From the NCBI GenBank assembly GCA_963743525.1, contig CAVUQH010000003.1, positions 832,001 to 896,000 on the forward strand: 64,000 nt of DNA. Reading direction: 5' to 3'. How positions within the stretch are numbered: the first letter of the stretch is position 1; every line of letters starts with the position of its first letter. The notes beneath the pieces were generated by a model. It was not told the origin of the DNA. It made no database searches and worked only from the letters and a program-made list of their open reading frames with translations. Below are positions 11,701 through 21,861 of the stretch, piece after piece. The position numbers and the translations under genes were made by a program. Source of the DNA: an uncultured delta proteobacterium. GTDB lineage: Bacteria; Myxococcota_A; Polyangia; Haliangiales; Haliangiaceae.

Positions 11701-12306
11701 CTACCCGACCAGCAGCACGCCGAGAAACCGCTTCTCCGGCATCTCGGCGCGGAATCGCAACAGGTCGCGTTCGCGCGTGTGGTGGGCTCGGCCGACCAGC
11801 ATCACGGCGTCCATGCACGCCGCGGCACTGCCGTGCTCGCCGAGCACGTCGAATCCGGTCAGATCGACCAGCACGTGGTGGAACAGGTCGACGCCGCTGA
11901 CCAGCAGGCGCGCCAGCTGCGGCACCGCTTCGCCCGGGCGCTCGGAGCCGTGCGGCGTGAGCACGGCAAGCGAGCCGTGCAGCCAGCGGGTCGAGTAGAC
12001 CGAATCGCCGTCATTGCCGTCTTCGCCGGCGATCGCCGACAGGCTGGGGTAGCGGACGTTGGCGTCAACGTAGGCCACGGTCGCGCCGGTCAGGTCGCAC
12101 AGGGCGCCGCCGATCTGCAGCGCCAGCGCCGGCACCGCCACGTCGTCGCTGGCCGGGATCAACCCGACGATCTTTTCCCCCGCGGCCACCAGCCGGCGGG
12201 CGATGCGCATGCACTCGGCGCGCACCATCGGGCCGCTCTCGTCGGTCAGGATCTCGATGCCCAGCTCGGCCAGGCGCTGGTCGTCGTCGCTCGTGGTTGG
12301 TGCCAC
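11701..12306 (-). CDS. degenerate CpsD/CapB (BY-kinase-like) P-loop protein
   Basis: YVDANVRYPSL (Walker A'-like), VLVDL and a terminal LGVLL resemble BY-kinases, but there is no GK[ST] Walker A. Confidence 0.6.
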   Translation of the reverse strand: MAPTTSDDDQRLAELGIEILTDESGPMVRAECMRIARRLVAAGEKIVGLIPASDDVAVPALALQIGGALCDLTGATVAYVDANVRYPSLSAIAGEDGNDGDSVYSTRWLHGSLAVLTPHGSERPGEAVPQLARLLVSGVDLFHHVLVDLTGFDVLGEHGSAAACMDAVMLVGRAHHTRERDLLRFRAEMPEKRFLGVLLVG

Positions 12307-12381
12307 GGAGACAGACTACCGCGGGATCGTCCGCGGCGGCAGTCGCTGGCGCGGCTCCCGAGTTCGGGCTACGTTGAGCCG

Positions 12382-13722
12382 ATGAAGCCCGGTTTGGCGC
12401 TCTCGGTCCTCGTGCTCGCGGCTGCAACCGTCGTCACCGCGCCGACGGCCCGCGCCGACGACAGCCTGGCCACCCGGCTGAGCGCCGCCGGCGGCTGGAC
12501 CGACAACGTCCTCAGCGCGCCCAACGAGCAGGGCCCGACCGACCCGCCCATCGAGTCGGACATGTTCAGCCAGCTCAGCCCCGGGGTGCTGTTCACCAGC
12601 GAGTCGCGGCGGATGATCCAGGTGGCCTCCTACACCTTCACCGCCAACCTGTTCGTCACCCACTCCGAGGCCAACTCCTACTCCAACGAGCTGGCGTGGA
12701 ACAGCATCTACTCGCTGTCGGAGGTGTCCGAGCTGGGCATGTCGGCGGGCGCCGCCAACGGTCGGATCAACACCTTCAACACTCTGGGCGCGGCCAGCGA
12801 CACCGGCCTCGACCAGCTGCCCAACGGCGGCGTCAGCTTCGTCTCGGCCAACGTCGGTCAATTCTATCGGCGCGAGCTGACCCGCGCCTGGCGCGCGCAG
12901 CAGCGCTCGGCCGTGCGCGTGTTCAAGCCGATTGGCGACAACGTGACCGTCGGCACCAACCTGTACTGGAACAACACCGCCGGCGTCGAGCACTCCTGGC
13001 AGTACGACTCCCTCGGGCTCGACATGCGCGCGGACTACACCCGCTTCGGCACCGTCGGCGGGGGCGAGTCGAACAAGCAGATCACGGTCGGTCCGTCGCT
13101 GCGCTACCTGCACGACTTCACCGACACGCTGTCCAGCGAGCTCAGCGGCGGCGCCGTGCTGGTGGTCCAGGCCGACGCCTTCAGCCAGCGGATCGCCCAG
13201 CCGGTGGCGACCGCTGCGCTGCGCTACATCCGCGGCGGTGGCCGCGCCGAGGTGGTCTACAGCCACTCGGTGGTGCCCAACCTGTTCGTCGCTCAGACCT
13301 CGGCCAACGACGAGGTGTCGCTGCGCGCCGGGCTGCCGGTGCCGTTCGTCTCGCGCGCTGCGATCACCGGCTCGGTCGGCTACCAGCGCGGGCGCATCGT
13401 CAACACGCAGATGGGCGACCTGGTCGGCTCGACCAAGCTGTTCCTCGCCGACGTCGCCGCATCGTGGAGCCCCAACGAGTCGCTGGCGGTGTCGCTGCGC
13501 TACACCCGCTTCGACCAGCTGCGCTCGCAGGTGGTCACCGACACGTCGCGCAGCTACGCGCGCAACCAGGTGCTGCTGTCGCTGTCCGGGCGCTATCCCA
13601 CCCGCGACGCGGCGACCGTCCCCAGCCGCCTCGACGCCCGAGTCAACGGCTCGAACGAGCAGAACCTGGGCGCCACCGATCCGTCCGATCACACCGACGC
13701 CGACGCCGACGCGCGGCGATGA
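12382..13722 (+). CDS. outer-membrane beta-barrel protein, probable polysaccharide export partner (EpsX/Wzp-like)
   Basis: Signal peptide ending ARA, amphipathic beta-strand pattern, GWTDNV start and YARNQVLLSLSGRY last strand; EPS context. Confidence 0.6.
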   Translation: MKPGLALSVLVLAAATVVTAPTARADDSLATRLSAAGGWTDNVLSAPNEQGPTDPPIESDMFSQLSPGVLFTSESRRMIQVASYTFTANLFVTHSEANSYSNELAWNSIYSLSEVSELGMSAGAANGRINTFNTLGAASDTGLDQLPNGGVSFVSANVGQFYRRELTRAWRAQQRSAVRVFKPIGDNVTVGTNLYWNNTAGVEHSWQYDSLGLDMRADYTRFGTVGGGESNKQITVGPSLRYLHDFTDTLSSELSGGAVLVVQADAFSQRIAQPVATAALRYIRGGGRAEVVYSHSVVPNLFVAQTSANDEVSLRAGLPVPFVSRAAITGSVGYQRGRIVNTQMGDLVGSTKLFLADVAASWSPNESLAVSLRYTRFDQLRSQVVTDTSRSYARNQVLLSLSGRYPTRDAATVPSRLDARVNGSNEQNLGATDPSDHTDADADARR

Positions 13723-13814
13723 TCACGACCTGCGCGGATCGAACAGCGCTATAATGGTTCGTTCGGTCTCGGACCGGGCGACGTGTGCGTCTGTCACGCA
13801 CACCAGGAGGTTCC

Positions 13815-15323
13815 ATGCGCTGGCTGTCCGTCGTCTCCGCCGTCCGCCCCCTGCTGATCGGTACCGCTCTACTCGTCTCTGCGTGCGGGCCCAGCAGCTC
13901 GGGCGCCGTGGCCTGTGATCCCGCGTGCGCGCCGGGGCTGTCGTGCGTCAACGGCGTCTGCACCACCGACACCGGGCCGTGCAACCCGGGCGACACCGAG
14001 TCCTGCTACACCGGCGCGACCGGCACCGCCGGCGTCGGCGTCTGCCAGGCCGGCACGCACACCTGCTCGGCCAGCGGCGTGTGGGGCAACTGCGACGGAC
14101 AAATCCTCCCCGGCGCCGAGGTCTGCGGCAACGGCGCCGACGACAACTGCAACGGCAGCGTCGACGAGGATGTCAACGTCGATGGCGACGGCTTCACCAC
14201 CTGCGGCGGCGACTGCTGCGATTCGACCGCCGAGTGCCAGAACCCGGCGGCGGTCAACCCCGGCGCCTTCGAGGTGGCCGGCAACCAGGTCAACGACGAC
14301 TGCGACGGCACGGTGGACAACGCCACTGCGGCCAACTGCGACAGCGGCCTGACCTCCAACTCCAGCGATCCGATGGACTACGCCAGGGCGATGGAGCTGT
14401 GCCAGATGGCGACCGGCAACCGCTGGGGCGTGGTCAGCGCGCAGCTGGTCCTGCCGTCGGGCAGCGGCTCGCCCAATGCCGACCAGCGCTCCATCCGGCC
14501 CAACTTCGGCGGCACCGCGGTGGAGAGCGGCGACTCGTTCGTGGTTCTGTCCACCGGTCACGCCGCGTCGACCGGCCAGGTCAATCCGTCGTTCGCCGCC
14601 TTCCAGGGCGGTCAGGATCTGGGTGGCTCGAGCGCGATGCCGTCCGACTGGCTGGCCGCCAACGGCGGCAGCCTGCCCAACGCTCCCGGCTGCCCGGCGC
14701 CCAACGGCGGCACCACCGCCCACGACCCGGTCATGCTCGAGCTGAAGATCCGCGTGCCGACCAACGCCAAGTCGTTCCGCATGTCGACCAACTTCTTCAG
14801 CGCCGAGTACCCCGAGTGGGTGTGCAGTGCGTTCAACGACTTCTTCGTGGTGCTGCTCGACTCGACCTGGAACGGCAACCCGGCCAACCCGGCGGACAAG
14901 AACCTGGCGGTCTACACCTCGCCGACGATGCAGCAGTATCCGGTGGGCGTGAACCTGGCCTACGGCAACACCGGCCTGTTCACCGTTTGCGAGAACGGCG
15001 ACACCGGCTGCGCGACCACCTCGGGTGCCGTGCCCGGAACGATCAGCACCTGCGTGTCGACTGCCGAGCTGATCGGCACCGGTATGGACACCGCCAACCC
15101 GGCGCCGCAGTTCGGCAACGACCCGGGCTACTGTGGAGCCAACAACCTGGCCGGTGGCGGCACCGGTTGGCTGGTGACCCAGGGCAACGTCGTCGGCGGC
15201 GAAGAGATCACGCTGCGCATCGCGCTGTGGGACACCAGCGACGGCTGGTACGACTCGGTGGCGTTGATCGACAACTTCCAGTGGTCGCTCGACGCCTCGG
15301 ATCCGGGTACCGTGGTCAACTGA
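13815..15323 (+). CDS. Cys-rich secreted lipoprotein with putative metal-binding repeats and a choice-of-anchor L-like domain
   Basis: AGGAGG RBS; lipobox LVSAC; EVCGNGADDNCNG repeats; FFSAEYPEWVCSAFNDFF motif. Confidence 0.7.
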   Translation: MRWLSVVSAVRPLLIGTALLVSACGPSSSGAVACDPACAPGLSCVNGVCTTDTGPCNPGDTESCYTGATGTAGVGVCQAGTHTCSASGVWGNCDGQILPGAEVCGNGADDNCNGSVDEDVNVDGDGFTTCGGDCCDSTAECQNPAAVNPGAFEVAGNQVNDDCDGTVDNATAANCDSGLTSNSSDPMDYARAMELCQMATGNRWGVVSAQLVLPSGSGSPNADQRSIRPNFGGTAVESGDSFVVLSTGHAASTGQVNPSFAAFQGGQDLGGSSAMPSDWLAANGGSLPNAPGCPAPNGGTTAHDPVMLELKIRVPTNAKSFRMSTNFFSAEYPEWVCSAFNDFFVVLLDSTWNGNPANPADKNLAVYTSPTMQQYPVGVNLAYGNTGLFTVCENGDTGCATTSGAVPGTISTCVSTAELIGTGMDTANPAPQFGNDPGYCGANNLAGGGTGWLVTQGNVVGGEEITLRIALWDTSDGWYDSVALIDNFQWSLDASDPGTVVN

Positions 15324-15440
15324 GGCCGGCGCGGGCCGGCCGCGATGGCTGCCGACGACTGTGCGCACTGTAACCTCGAAGCTCACGATCGTCGCCGGCA
15401 GCAACCGCACAAGAACCAGAGATCATTGGGCCACGGCCCG

Positions 15441-15456
15441 CGGCACGAGCCGTGCA
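15441..15456 (+). promoter_or_regulatory. putative sigma54 promoter
   Basis: CGGCACGagccgTGCA has GG-N10-GC spacing and lies just upstream of ATG 15471. Confidence 0.5.
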
Positions 15457-15470
15457 CGAAGCCGGGCGTC

Positions 15471-17603
15471 ATGTCCAGCCAACGCTTCGCTCACGGATGG
15501 GCCCTGGGTCTGCTCGCGCTCCTGATCGTCCCGGCATGCCACAGCGACGCATCGTCAGAAGGCGTCGACGGCGGTGGCGGTGGCGGCGGCGATGGTGATG
15601 CCGCGCCGCCCGCCTGCCCCGACGGCCCGTCGGTGTCCGGCTCGATCGCCTTCGACGGCACCGCCGCACAGGTGAGCATGGGCGTTGCGCCCGACCTGGG
15701 GCTGGCGACCTTCACCGTCGAGGCCTGGGTGCGCCGCGACGGTCCCGGCAAGACCGCGGGCACCGGCACCGGCGGGCTCAAGCTGGTGCCGATCGCCGGC
15801 AAGGGGCGCGGCGAGGGCGACGGCAGCAACGTCAACTGCAACTACGCCTTCGGCTTCTGGGGCGACGTGCTCGGCGCCGACTTCGAGGACATGGCCACCG
15901 GCGGCAACCACCCGATCACCGGCAAGACCGCCGTCCCACCGGGCGAGTGGCACCACGTCGCCGCCACCTACGACGGCACGACCTGGCGGCTCTACCTCGA
16001 CGGCCGCCTCGATGCCAAGCGCCAGGTCAACGCCACGCCGCGCCGCGACAGCATCCAGTATTTCGGCGTCGGCACCACCTACAACTCCAAGGGCGTGGCC
16101 GCCGGCTTCCTCGACGGCGCCGTCGACGAGCTGCGCGTGTGGAACCACGCCCGCACCCGGGCCGAGATCGCCGGCTCGATGTACCAGACCCTGACCTCGG
16201 GCGACGGCCTGGTCGGACGCTGGTCGTTCGACGCCGGCGACGGCGCCACCGATACCCTGGGCGCCGACGACGGCACCATCGACGGCGCTCAGCTGATCGA
16301 CGACGGCGCCGTGCTCGACCACGGCGCGCCGCCCAAGGCGACGGCGCCGCTACCGGACGACGGCGCCATGGTCGCGGCCGGCGACGTGGATCTCGACGTC
16401 GCGGTCGCCGACCCCGAGGACGACCCGATGATGGTCACCTTTCACGTCCGCGAGCTGGGCGCTGGCGACGACTTCACCATCGTGGTCCTGCCCGACACGC
16501 AGGTCTACACGATCCAGGGCAAAGGCTTCGAGCACTTCTACTACGACCAGACCCGGTGGGTTCGCAACCACCGCAAGGACTACAACATCGTCGCGGTCAT
16601 TCACAACGGCGACATCGTCAACAACGGCGACAGCAAGCCGTACCAGTGGACCGTCGCCGACAAGGCGATGAGCAAGCTGGAGACCCCCGAGGACGATCTT
16701 CCCGACGGCGTGCCGTACGGGTTGTCGGTGGGCAATCACGACCAGACGCCCAACGGCACGCCGGACAACACCCTGTCGTTCAACAAGTACTTCGGCGTCG
16801 ACCGCTTCGCCGGGCGCGCCTACTACGGCGGCCACTACAAGAAGGACAACGACGAGAACTGGGTCACCTTCTCGGCCGGTGGCCTCGACTTCGTACTGGT
16901 GAGCCTGCAGTACAACCTCGATCCCGACCCGGCGGTTCAGGCGTGGGCGCGGTCGATCTTCGACATGTACCCGCGGTCGTTCGGCATCCTCAACAGCCAC
17001 TACATCCTGACCCACACCGGAACCTTCGGGGTTCAGGGCAAGGCCATCTACAACGCTCTGCGCGACGCCGAGAATGTGCAGCTGATGACCTGCGGCCACA
17101 TCGGCGCCGAGGCCCGGCGCACCGACGTGTACAAGGGCCACGCGATTCACTCGATGCTGGCCGACTACCAGTTCGAGACCGGCGGCGGCTCGGCCAAGAT
17201 GCGCATCTGGGAGTTCTCGCCCAAGGCCAACGAGCTGACCGTGCGCACCTACTCGCCGTCGCTCGACAAGTGGTACACGGGCAAGAACAGCGAGTTCACC
17301 CTGCCGGTCGATCTGTCCGGCGCGGGCGGCTCGTTCGACGACACGCCGACGGTGACGCCGACCGGAGGTCACGCGGTCACGACGCTGAGCGGGCTGGAAG
17401 CGGGCAAGACCTACGAGTGGTACGCCACGGTCGAGGACTGCAGCCACGCCACGCAGACGCCGGTGCAGCGCTTCACCACCGTGTCGTCAGCTGCCAGCAA
17501 TCGCCAGCGCGCGGAGAAGGAACCAACACCCGCCGAGCGAGCCCAGGAGATACGCAATCCCCCGCCGAGCCTGGCGGGCACCGCCGTCCCGATGGAGGAC
17601 TAG
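15471..17603 (+). CDS. lipoprotein with a LamG-like jellyroll and a calcineurin-like metallophosphoesterase domain
   Basis: FTVEAWV, WHHVAATYDG and DELRVWN (LamG); PDTQ, GDIV, GNHD and CGH (metallophosphoesterase). Confidence 0.85.
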   Translation: MSSQRFAHGWALGLLALLIVPACHSDASSEGVDGGGGGGGDGDAAPPACPDGPSVSGSIAFDGTAAQVSMGVAPDLGLATFTVEAWVRRDGPGKTAGTGTGGLKLVPIAGKGRGEGDGSNVNCNYAFGFWGDVLGADFEDMATGGNHPITGKTAVPPGEWHHVAATYDGTTWRLYLDGRLDAKRQVNATPRRDSIQYFGVGTTYNSKGVAAGFLDGAVDELRVWNHARTRAEIAGSMYQTLTSGDGLVGRWSFDAGDGATDTLGADDGTIDGAQLIDDGAVLDHGAPPKATAPLPDDGAMVAAGDVDLDVAVADPEDDPMMVTFHVRELGAGDDFTIVVLPDTQVYTIQGKGFEHFYYDQTRWVRNHRKDYNIVAVIHNGDIVNNGDSKPYQWTVADKAMSKLETPEDDLPDGVPYGLSVGNHDQTPNGTPDNTLSFNKYFGVDRFAGRAYYGGHYKKDNDENWVTFSAGGLDFVLVSLQYNLDPDPAVQAWARSIFDMYPRSFGILNSHYILTHTGTFGVQGKAIYNALRDAENVQLMTCGHIGAEARRTDVYKGHAIHSMLADYQFETGGGSAKMRIWEFSPKANELTVRTYSPSLDKWYTGKNSEFTLPVDLSGAGGSFDDTPTVTPTGGHAVTTLSGLEAGKTYEWYATVEDCSHATQTPVQRFTTVSSAASNRQRAEKEPTPAERAQEIRNPPPSLAGTAVPMED

Positions 17604-18446
17604 CAGCGCGGCGCGGGCGACCAGCACCGCGGCCGCCACCACGATCAGCTGGCCGAGCTCGACGCCGAGGTTGAACCACAGCAGGCTGGGGGCGATCGCG
17701 TCGTCGGGCAGGCCCAGCCGGGTGAGCGCGCCGGCGAAGCCGAGGCCGTGGACCAGGCCGAACAGCCCGGCGACCAGCCACGGCCAGCGGCGGATGGCGG
17801 TCGGGCGGTGGTCCAGGGACTCGCGCGCGACCAGCACCACGCTGGCGGCGATCATCGCCTCGACCGGCGCTGACGGCAGGCGCAAGACCCCGGTGGCGGC
17901 CAACGCCAGGGTCAGCGAGTGGGCCACGGTGAAAGCCGAGATGGTGAACAGCAGGCGCCGGTCAACGGCGATGCCGAGCACCAGCAGCAGGCCGAGCAGG
18001 AACGCCAGGTGGTCGTAGCCGGTCAGGATGTGGTCGACGCCGAGGAGCAGCCACGAGCGCGAGGGGTGTGCCGCGGCGCTGCCCAGGTCGACGCGTGGAT
18101 CGGCGCCGGTGACCAGCCGCTCGTCGGAGTGGCCGGACAGGTGGCGAATCACGACCACCACTTTCATACGCCGGGCGTGCATGCCGGTGAAACTGACGAC
18201 CCCGGCCAGATCGCCCGGGCGACAGTCCACGCGGGCGCCGTCAACCCGGCAACCGGTGGGGAAGGCGACGTGAACTCCGGCCTGGGATCCGGTGCTATCG
18301 ACCGGCTCGGTCCAGGCCATGTCGTAGGCGCCGGGAGAGGTTTCCGTCAGCGACAACACCCCCGGGTTGAAGTCATGGGCGCGGGCGAGGCGCGGGGCAG
18401 CCAGTACGACCAGGCAGGCAGCGGTGGTCAGCGCGCGGCGGATCAT
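17487..18446 (-). CDS. HupE/UreJ family membrane protein
   Basis: Signal peptide followed by His; GVDHILTGYDHLAF, AFTVAHSLTL, FGLVHGLGFA and FNLGVELGQ motifs. Confidence 0.85.
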   Translation of the reverse strand: MIRRALTTAACLVVLAAPRLARAHDFNPGVLSLTETSPGAYDMAWTEPVDSTGSQAGVHVAFPTGCRVDGARVDCRPGDLAGVVSFTGMHARRMKVVVVIRHLSGHSDERLVTGADPRVDLGSAAAHPSRSWLLLGVDHILTGYDHLAFLLGLLLVLGIAVDRRLLFTISAFTVAHSLTLALAATGVLRLPSAPVEAMIAASVVLVARESLDHRPTAIRRWPWLVAGLFGLVHGLGFAGALTRLGLPDDAIAPSLLWFNLGVELGQLIVVAAAVLVARAALLVLHRDGGARQARRGIAYLLGSLGGCWFLLRALAIAGS

Positions 18447-19315
18447 CGCGTTACCGTCCAGCCGCTGCGCAGGCGTGCGACCTCGGCGTCAACTGCACGC
18501 GCGCGGCGATCGTCGCGCCACTCCTTGCGCACGTCGAGGCGCACGGTGGCGAAGTCAACCGCGTGTGCAGCGCTGTGCCGATCGACGCGCACCAGGTGCA
18601 GGCCGAAGCGCGAGCGCCGCAGCGCCCAGCTGCCGGGCGGCTGGCTGTCGAGCCCGTCGACGAACTCGGCGCCAAAGGTCCTGGCCAGGTCGGCCGGCTT
18701 GCGCCCGCGGTAGCGGCGGCCGCCGGAGAAGCTGTCGCCCAGCCCGCCCGGATCGGCGCCGGCCGACAGCTGCGCGAGCAGCCCGGAGGCACGCTGTTCG
18801 GCGGCGGCGTCGCGGCCGTCGACGAACACCTGGGTGAAGTCGATCCGCTCCGGCTCGCCCCAGTGCGACGGGTGTGCGGCGAACCAGGCGTGCAGCTCGG
18901 CGTCGCCGGGCTCGGGCACGATCACCTGCCGACGCAGGACGAAGGCCATCTTGTCGGCGACGCGACTGCGCACCGATGGGTCGTCGCGATCGAGGCCGCG
19001 TGCCAGACCCTCGCGGTAGAGGATCTCGTCGTTCACCCATCGGTCGACGGCGCCAGCGAGCTCGTCGTCGGTCGGCGCCCGGCCCTGGGCGCGGGTGAAG
19101 CTGTCGCGCAGCTGGCCGCGGATGTCATCGTCGACCACGATGGTGCGCGCCGCCGCGGGCTGCTGCGCGGGCAAGACCGCCGCATGCGCCGGGAGTGTGG
19201 GCGGGGTCGCCGAGCTCGCCGGGTGTCGCCAGCGGTACAGCGCCATCAGCGCCGCACCCACGAGCAGGAAGTGGAGCAGCGGCTCGCCGAGCAGCGCGCG
19301 CAGCCTGGACGCCAT
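18443..19315 (-). CDS. PpiC/parvulin-type peptidyl-prolyl isomerase domain protein
   Basis: EPLLHFLL, EILYREGL.GLDRDD and RSRFGLHLV motifs; coupled to the HupE/UreJ gene by an ATGA overlap. Confidence 0.8.
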   Translation of the reverse strand: MASRLRALLGEPLLHFLLVGAALMALYRWRHPASSATPPTLPAHAAVLPAQQPAAARTIVVDDDIRGQLRDSFTRAQGRAPTDDELAGAVDRWVNDEILYREGLARGLDRDDPSVRSRVADKMAFVLRRQVIVPEPGDAELHAWFAAHPSHWGEPERIDFTQVFVDGRDAAAEQRASGLLAQLSAGADPGGLGDSFSGGRRYRGRKPADLARTFGAEFVDGLDSQPPGSWALRRSRFGLHLVRVDRHSAAHAVDFATVRLDVRKEWRDDRRARAVDAEVARLRSGWTVTR

Positions 19316-19388
19316 CGCGCCAGTATAAGAGAGCCATGCGCCGCGCGTCTGCGGACAGCGGTGTGCACACCGTGTCGCGTCCGAGGTG

Positions 19389-20330
19389 TCAGTCCATCAG
19401 CACGGTGCCGAGCAGGTCGCTGGGGCGCAGCTGCTCGGCGGCGCGACGCAGGTCGCGGGCAGTGCTGAGCTTGCGCCGCGCGACCAGAACCACGCCGTCG
19501 GCCGAATCCTGAATCAGGTTGACGTCGGCGCTGCCCAGCACCGACGGCGCGTCGATGACGATGTGGTCGAAGCCAGCCAGGCGCAGCCGCTCCATGGCGA
19601 TGGCGAACGCCGGTGCGTCGAGGAGCTGGGTCTGCTCGACCTTGGGGTTGATGGCGGCGACGTGCAGCGACATTTGCGGCATCGACACCACCGACCACGG
19701 CAACAGCGGCTGGTGTCGGTGCGCCGACAGCTGCTCGGCGAAACACCACGGCGGGACGAAGCGGAAGGCAGCGGCCAGCTGCGGCCGGCGCACCGTGGCC
19801 TCGACCAGGAGCACCCGGGCGCGGTCGCACTCGCACAGCGCCAGTGCCAGGTTGATCGCGGTGGTGGTCTTGCCCTCGCCCGGGCGCGGGCTCGACACGA
19901 CCACGACCTGGGGCCGGCCGCGGGCGAGCAGGTGGTGGCGCAGCACGCGGAACGCGGCCGAGCGCGACGAATCGGGATCGCGCGCCAGCACCAGGCGCGG
20001 GTCGTAGACGCCGTCGAGCTGGTGCTCGGTGATCGAGATCTCGGGCGGCTCGACGGTCTTCTGCAGGTGCGCGGGCAGGTCGGTCGAGCGCATCGCGGTC
20101 ATCATCACCGTGCTCGCCGAGGTTCCTTCGGGGAGGAACGAGTCGCGCTTGACCACCTTGGTGATCGTGTTCGGCTTGCCGGTGCCGTCGCCCTTGCCCG
20201 AGCCCTGCTCGTTCACCTTGCCATCACCTTTCCCTGCAGCCTTGGGGTCGGGGCCCGATCGGGTCGGTTCGTCGAACGCGTCGCCGTCGGACGGCGACAC
20301 TCCTCCGAAGCGTTTGGTTCGCCGGCCCAT
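19389..20330 (-). CDS. CpsD/CapB family BY tyrosine kinase (stand-alone Wzc kinase domain)
   Basis: [11 protein letters not shown]alker A, VLLVEA, IVIDAP and LLGTVL motifs. Confidence 0.85.
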   Translation of the reverse strand: MGRRTKRFGGVSPSDGDAFDEPTRSGPDPKAAGKGDGKVNEQGSGKGDGTGKPNTITKVVKRDSFLPEGTSASTVMMTAMRSTDLPAHLQKTVEPPEISITEHQLDGVYDPRLVLARDPDSSRSAAFRVLRHHLLARGRPQVVVVSSPRPGEGKTTTAINLALALCECDRARVLLVEATVRRPQLAAAFRFVPPWCFAEQLSAHRHQPLLPWSVVSMPQMSLHVAAINPKVEQTQLLDAPAFAIAMERLRLAGFDHIVIDAPSVLGSADVNLIQDSADGVVLVARRKLSTARDLRRAAEQLRPSDLLGTVLMD

Positions 20331-21853
20331 CAGGCGTCCCCCTCCAGCCCCGGAGGTGGCCGGCGATGCTTCAGCTTGGGCCCGGGCGGCACCTCGACCA
20401 GGACCGGCGCGATGCCGGTGCTCTCGAGATCGGCACGGGTGTAGATGCGGTCGTCGATCAGCGACAGGCCCAGCGCGACGGCGGTGCCGAGCCCGGTGAA
20501 CACCATCAGGCCGGCGAGGATGATCAGCGTCTTGCCCTTGCCGATCGGCTTCTCCGGCAGGTTGGCCGGGTCGATGATGGTCAGCTTGGAGGTCTGCGCC
20601 GCCACCGAGTCGGAGGTGATCTCGGCGGTGAAGACCTTGGCCTCCAGCGACTCGACGCGGTCGCGCGATTCCTGGACGTCGCGGGTGAGCGCGGCCCACT
20701 TGGTCTCGAGCTGGACGACCCAGCTGGTCGACTCGTCCTCGGAGGGCGGCGCCGGCTCGCTGTTGCCGGCCTTCTCGCGCTTGACCCGGGCGCGCATCGC
20801 CGCCAGCTCACGCTCGACCTTGGCCAGCTCGCTGCGCAGGGCGTCGCGGTCGATCGGCCCGGTCACCACCGGCTCGTCACCGTCGGACGGTACCGCCGCT
20901 TCGGCACGACGCAGCCGCTTCTGCGCATCTTCGAGCGCGGCCTTGGCCTTGATCACGTCGGGGTGCCGCTCGGTGAAGCGGGCCAGCTTGTCCTCCAGGT
21001 TGCGGCGCGCCGAATCGACGTCGCGCTCGGCCAGGGTGACCTTTTGCTCGGCGGCGAGCTGCTCCGGGGTCTTCTTCTTGCGCTTCGGCGGCGCCGGCTT
21101 GTCGGGAGCGTCCAGGCGGTCCTGGATGCGGTTGCGCTGGCGAGCCAGGGCGAGGATGCGCGGATCGGTGCCCGGGACCTCCTTGGGCATGTCCTTCCTG
21201 GCCGCGGCTGCGCGGATCGACGCGCCGGCGCTGGTCGCGGCAGTCTGCTCGGCGAACTCGGGGTGCTGGGCCAGGAACTCGGCGCGCAGCTTCTCGCGCT
21301 TGTGCAGCTCCTCGGTCGCGCGGGCCTTCTGCTCCTCGAGGAAGACCTTGGTGGTCGACGCCTCTTCGCGCGCGATCCGCTTGTCTTCCTCGATCAGCAG
21401 GTCGGCCAGCCGGGCGGAGACCTTCTGCGCCAGCTCGCGGTTCTCACTGCGGAAGACGATGCGAAAGGCGCCGGCGCCGGTGGAGCGGAAGTCGACCAGC
21501 TTGCGCATCTCGTCGGCCACCGGCTTGCCGTCCTCGGCGCCCAGCAGCTTGAACTCCTCGGCCACCTGCTGCAGCTGGCCGCGGGCCATGACCATCTCCT
21601 TGTAGCGGCTGGTCATGTTGCGGTTGCTCGTCACCACCTCGCGGCCCTGGATCACGCTGGTCGGGATCATCTCCCGGTACAGCAGCACGGTCTCGGACTC
21701 GAACACCGGCTTCTGCACGAACGCGAACAGCGCCGACAGCGCGCCGCCGACGATGATGACCAGGCCGACGACCCACCAGTAGCGCAGCGACCGGCGCAGC
21801 ACGGCGAGCAGGCGGTCCAGCTGGTCGCGCGGGGTGGCGGTGGAGGCTTCCAT
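20330..21853 (-). CDS. polysaccharide co-polymerase (GumC/Wzc periplasmic part)
   Basis: N- and C-terminal TM helices, coiled coils, FTERHPDV and [11 protein letters not shown] motifs. Confidence 0.85.
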   Translation of the reverse strand: MEASTATPRDQLDRLLAVLRRSLRYWWVVGLVIIVGGALSALFAFVQKPVFESETVLLYREMIPTSVIQGREVVTSNRNMTSRYKEMVMARGQLQQVAEEFKLLGAEDGKPVADEMRKLVDFRSTGAGAFRIVFRSENRELAQKVSARLADLLIEEDKRIAREEASTTKVFLEEQKARATEELHKREKLRAEFLAQHPEFAEQTAATSAGASIRAAAARKDMPKEVPGTDPRILALARQRNRIQDRLDAPDKPAPPKRKKKTPEQLAAEQKVTLAERDVDSARRNLEDKLARFTERHPDVIKAKAALEDAQKRLRRAEAAVPSDGDEPVVTGPIDRDALRSELAKVERELAAMRARVKREKAGNSEPAPPSEDESTSWVVQLETKWAALTRDVQESRDRVESLEAKVFTAEITSDSVAAQTSKLTIIDPANLPEKPIGKGKTLIILAGLMVFTGLGTAVALGLSLIDDRIYTRADLESTGIAPVLVEVPPGPKLKHRRPPPGLEGDA

Positions 21854-21861
21854 TCAGCAGG

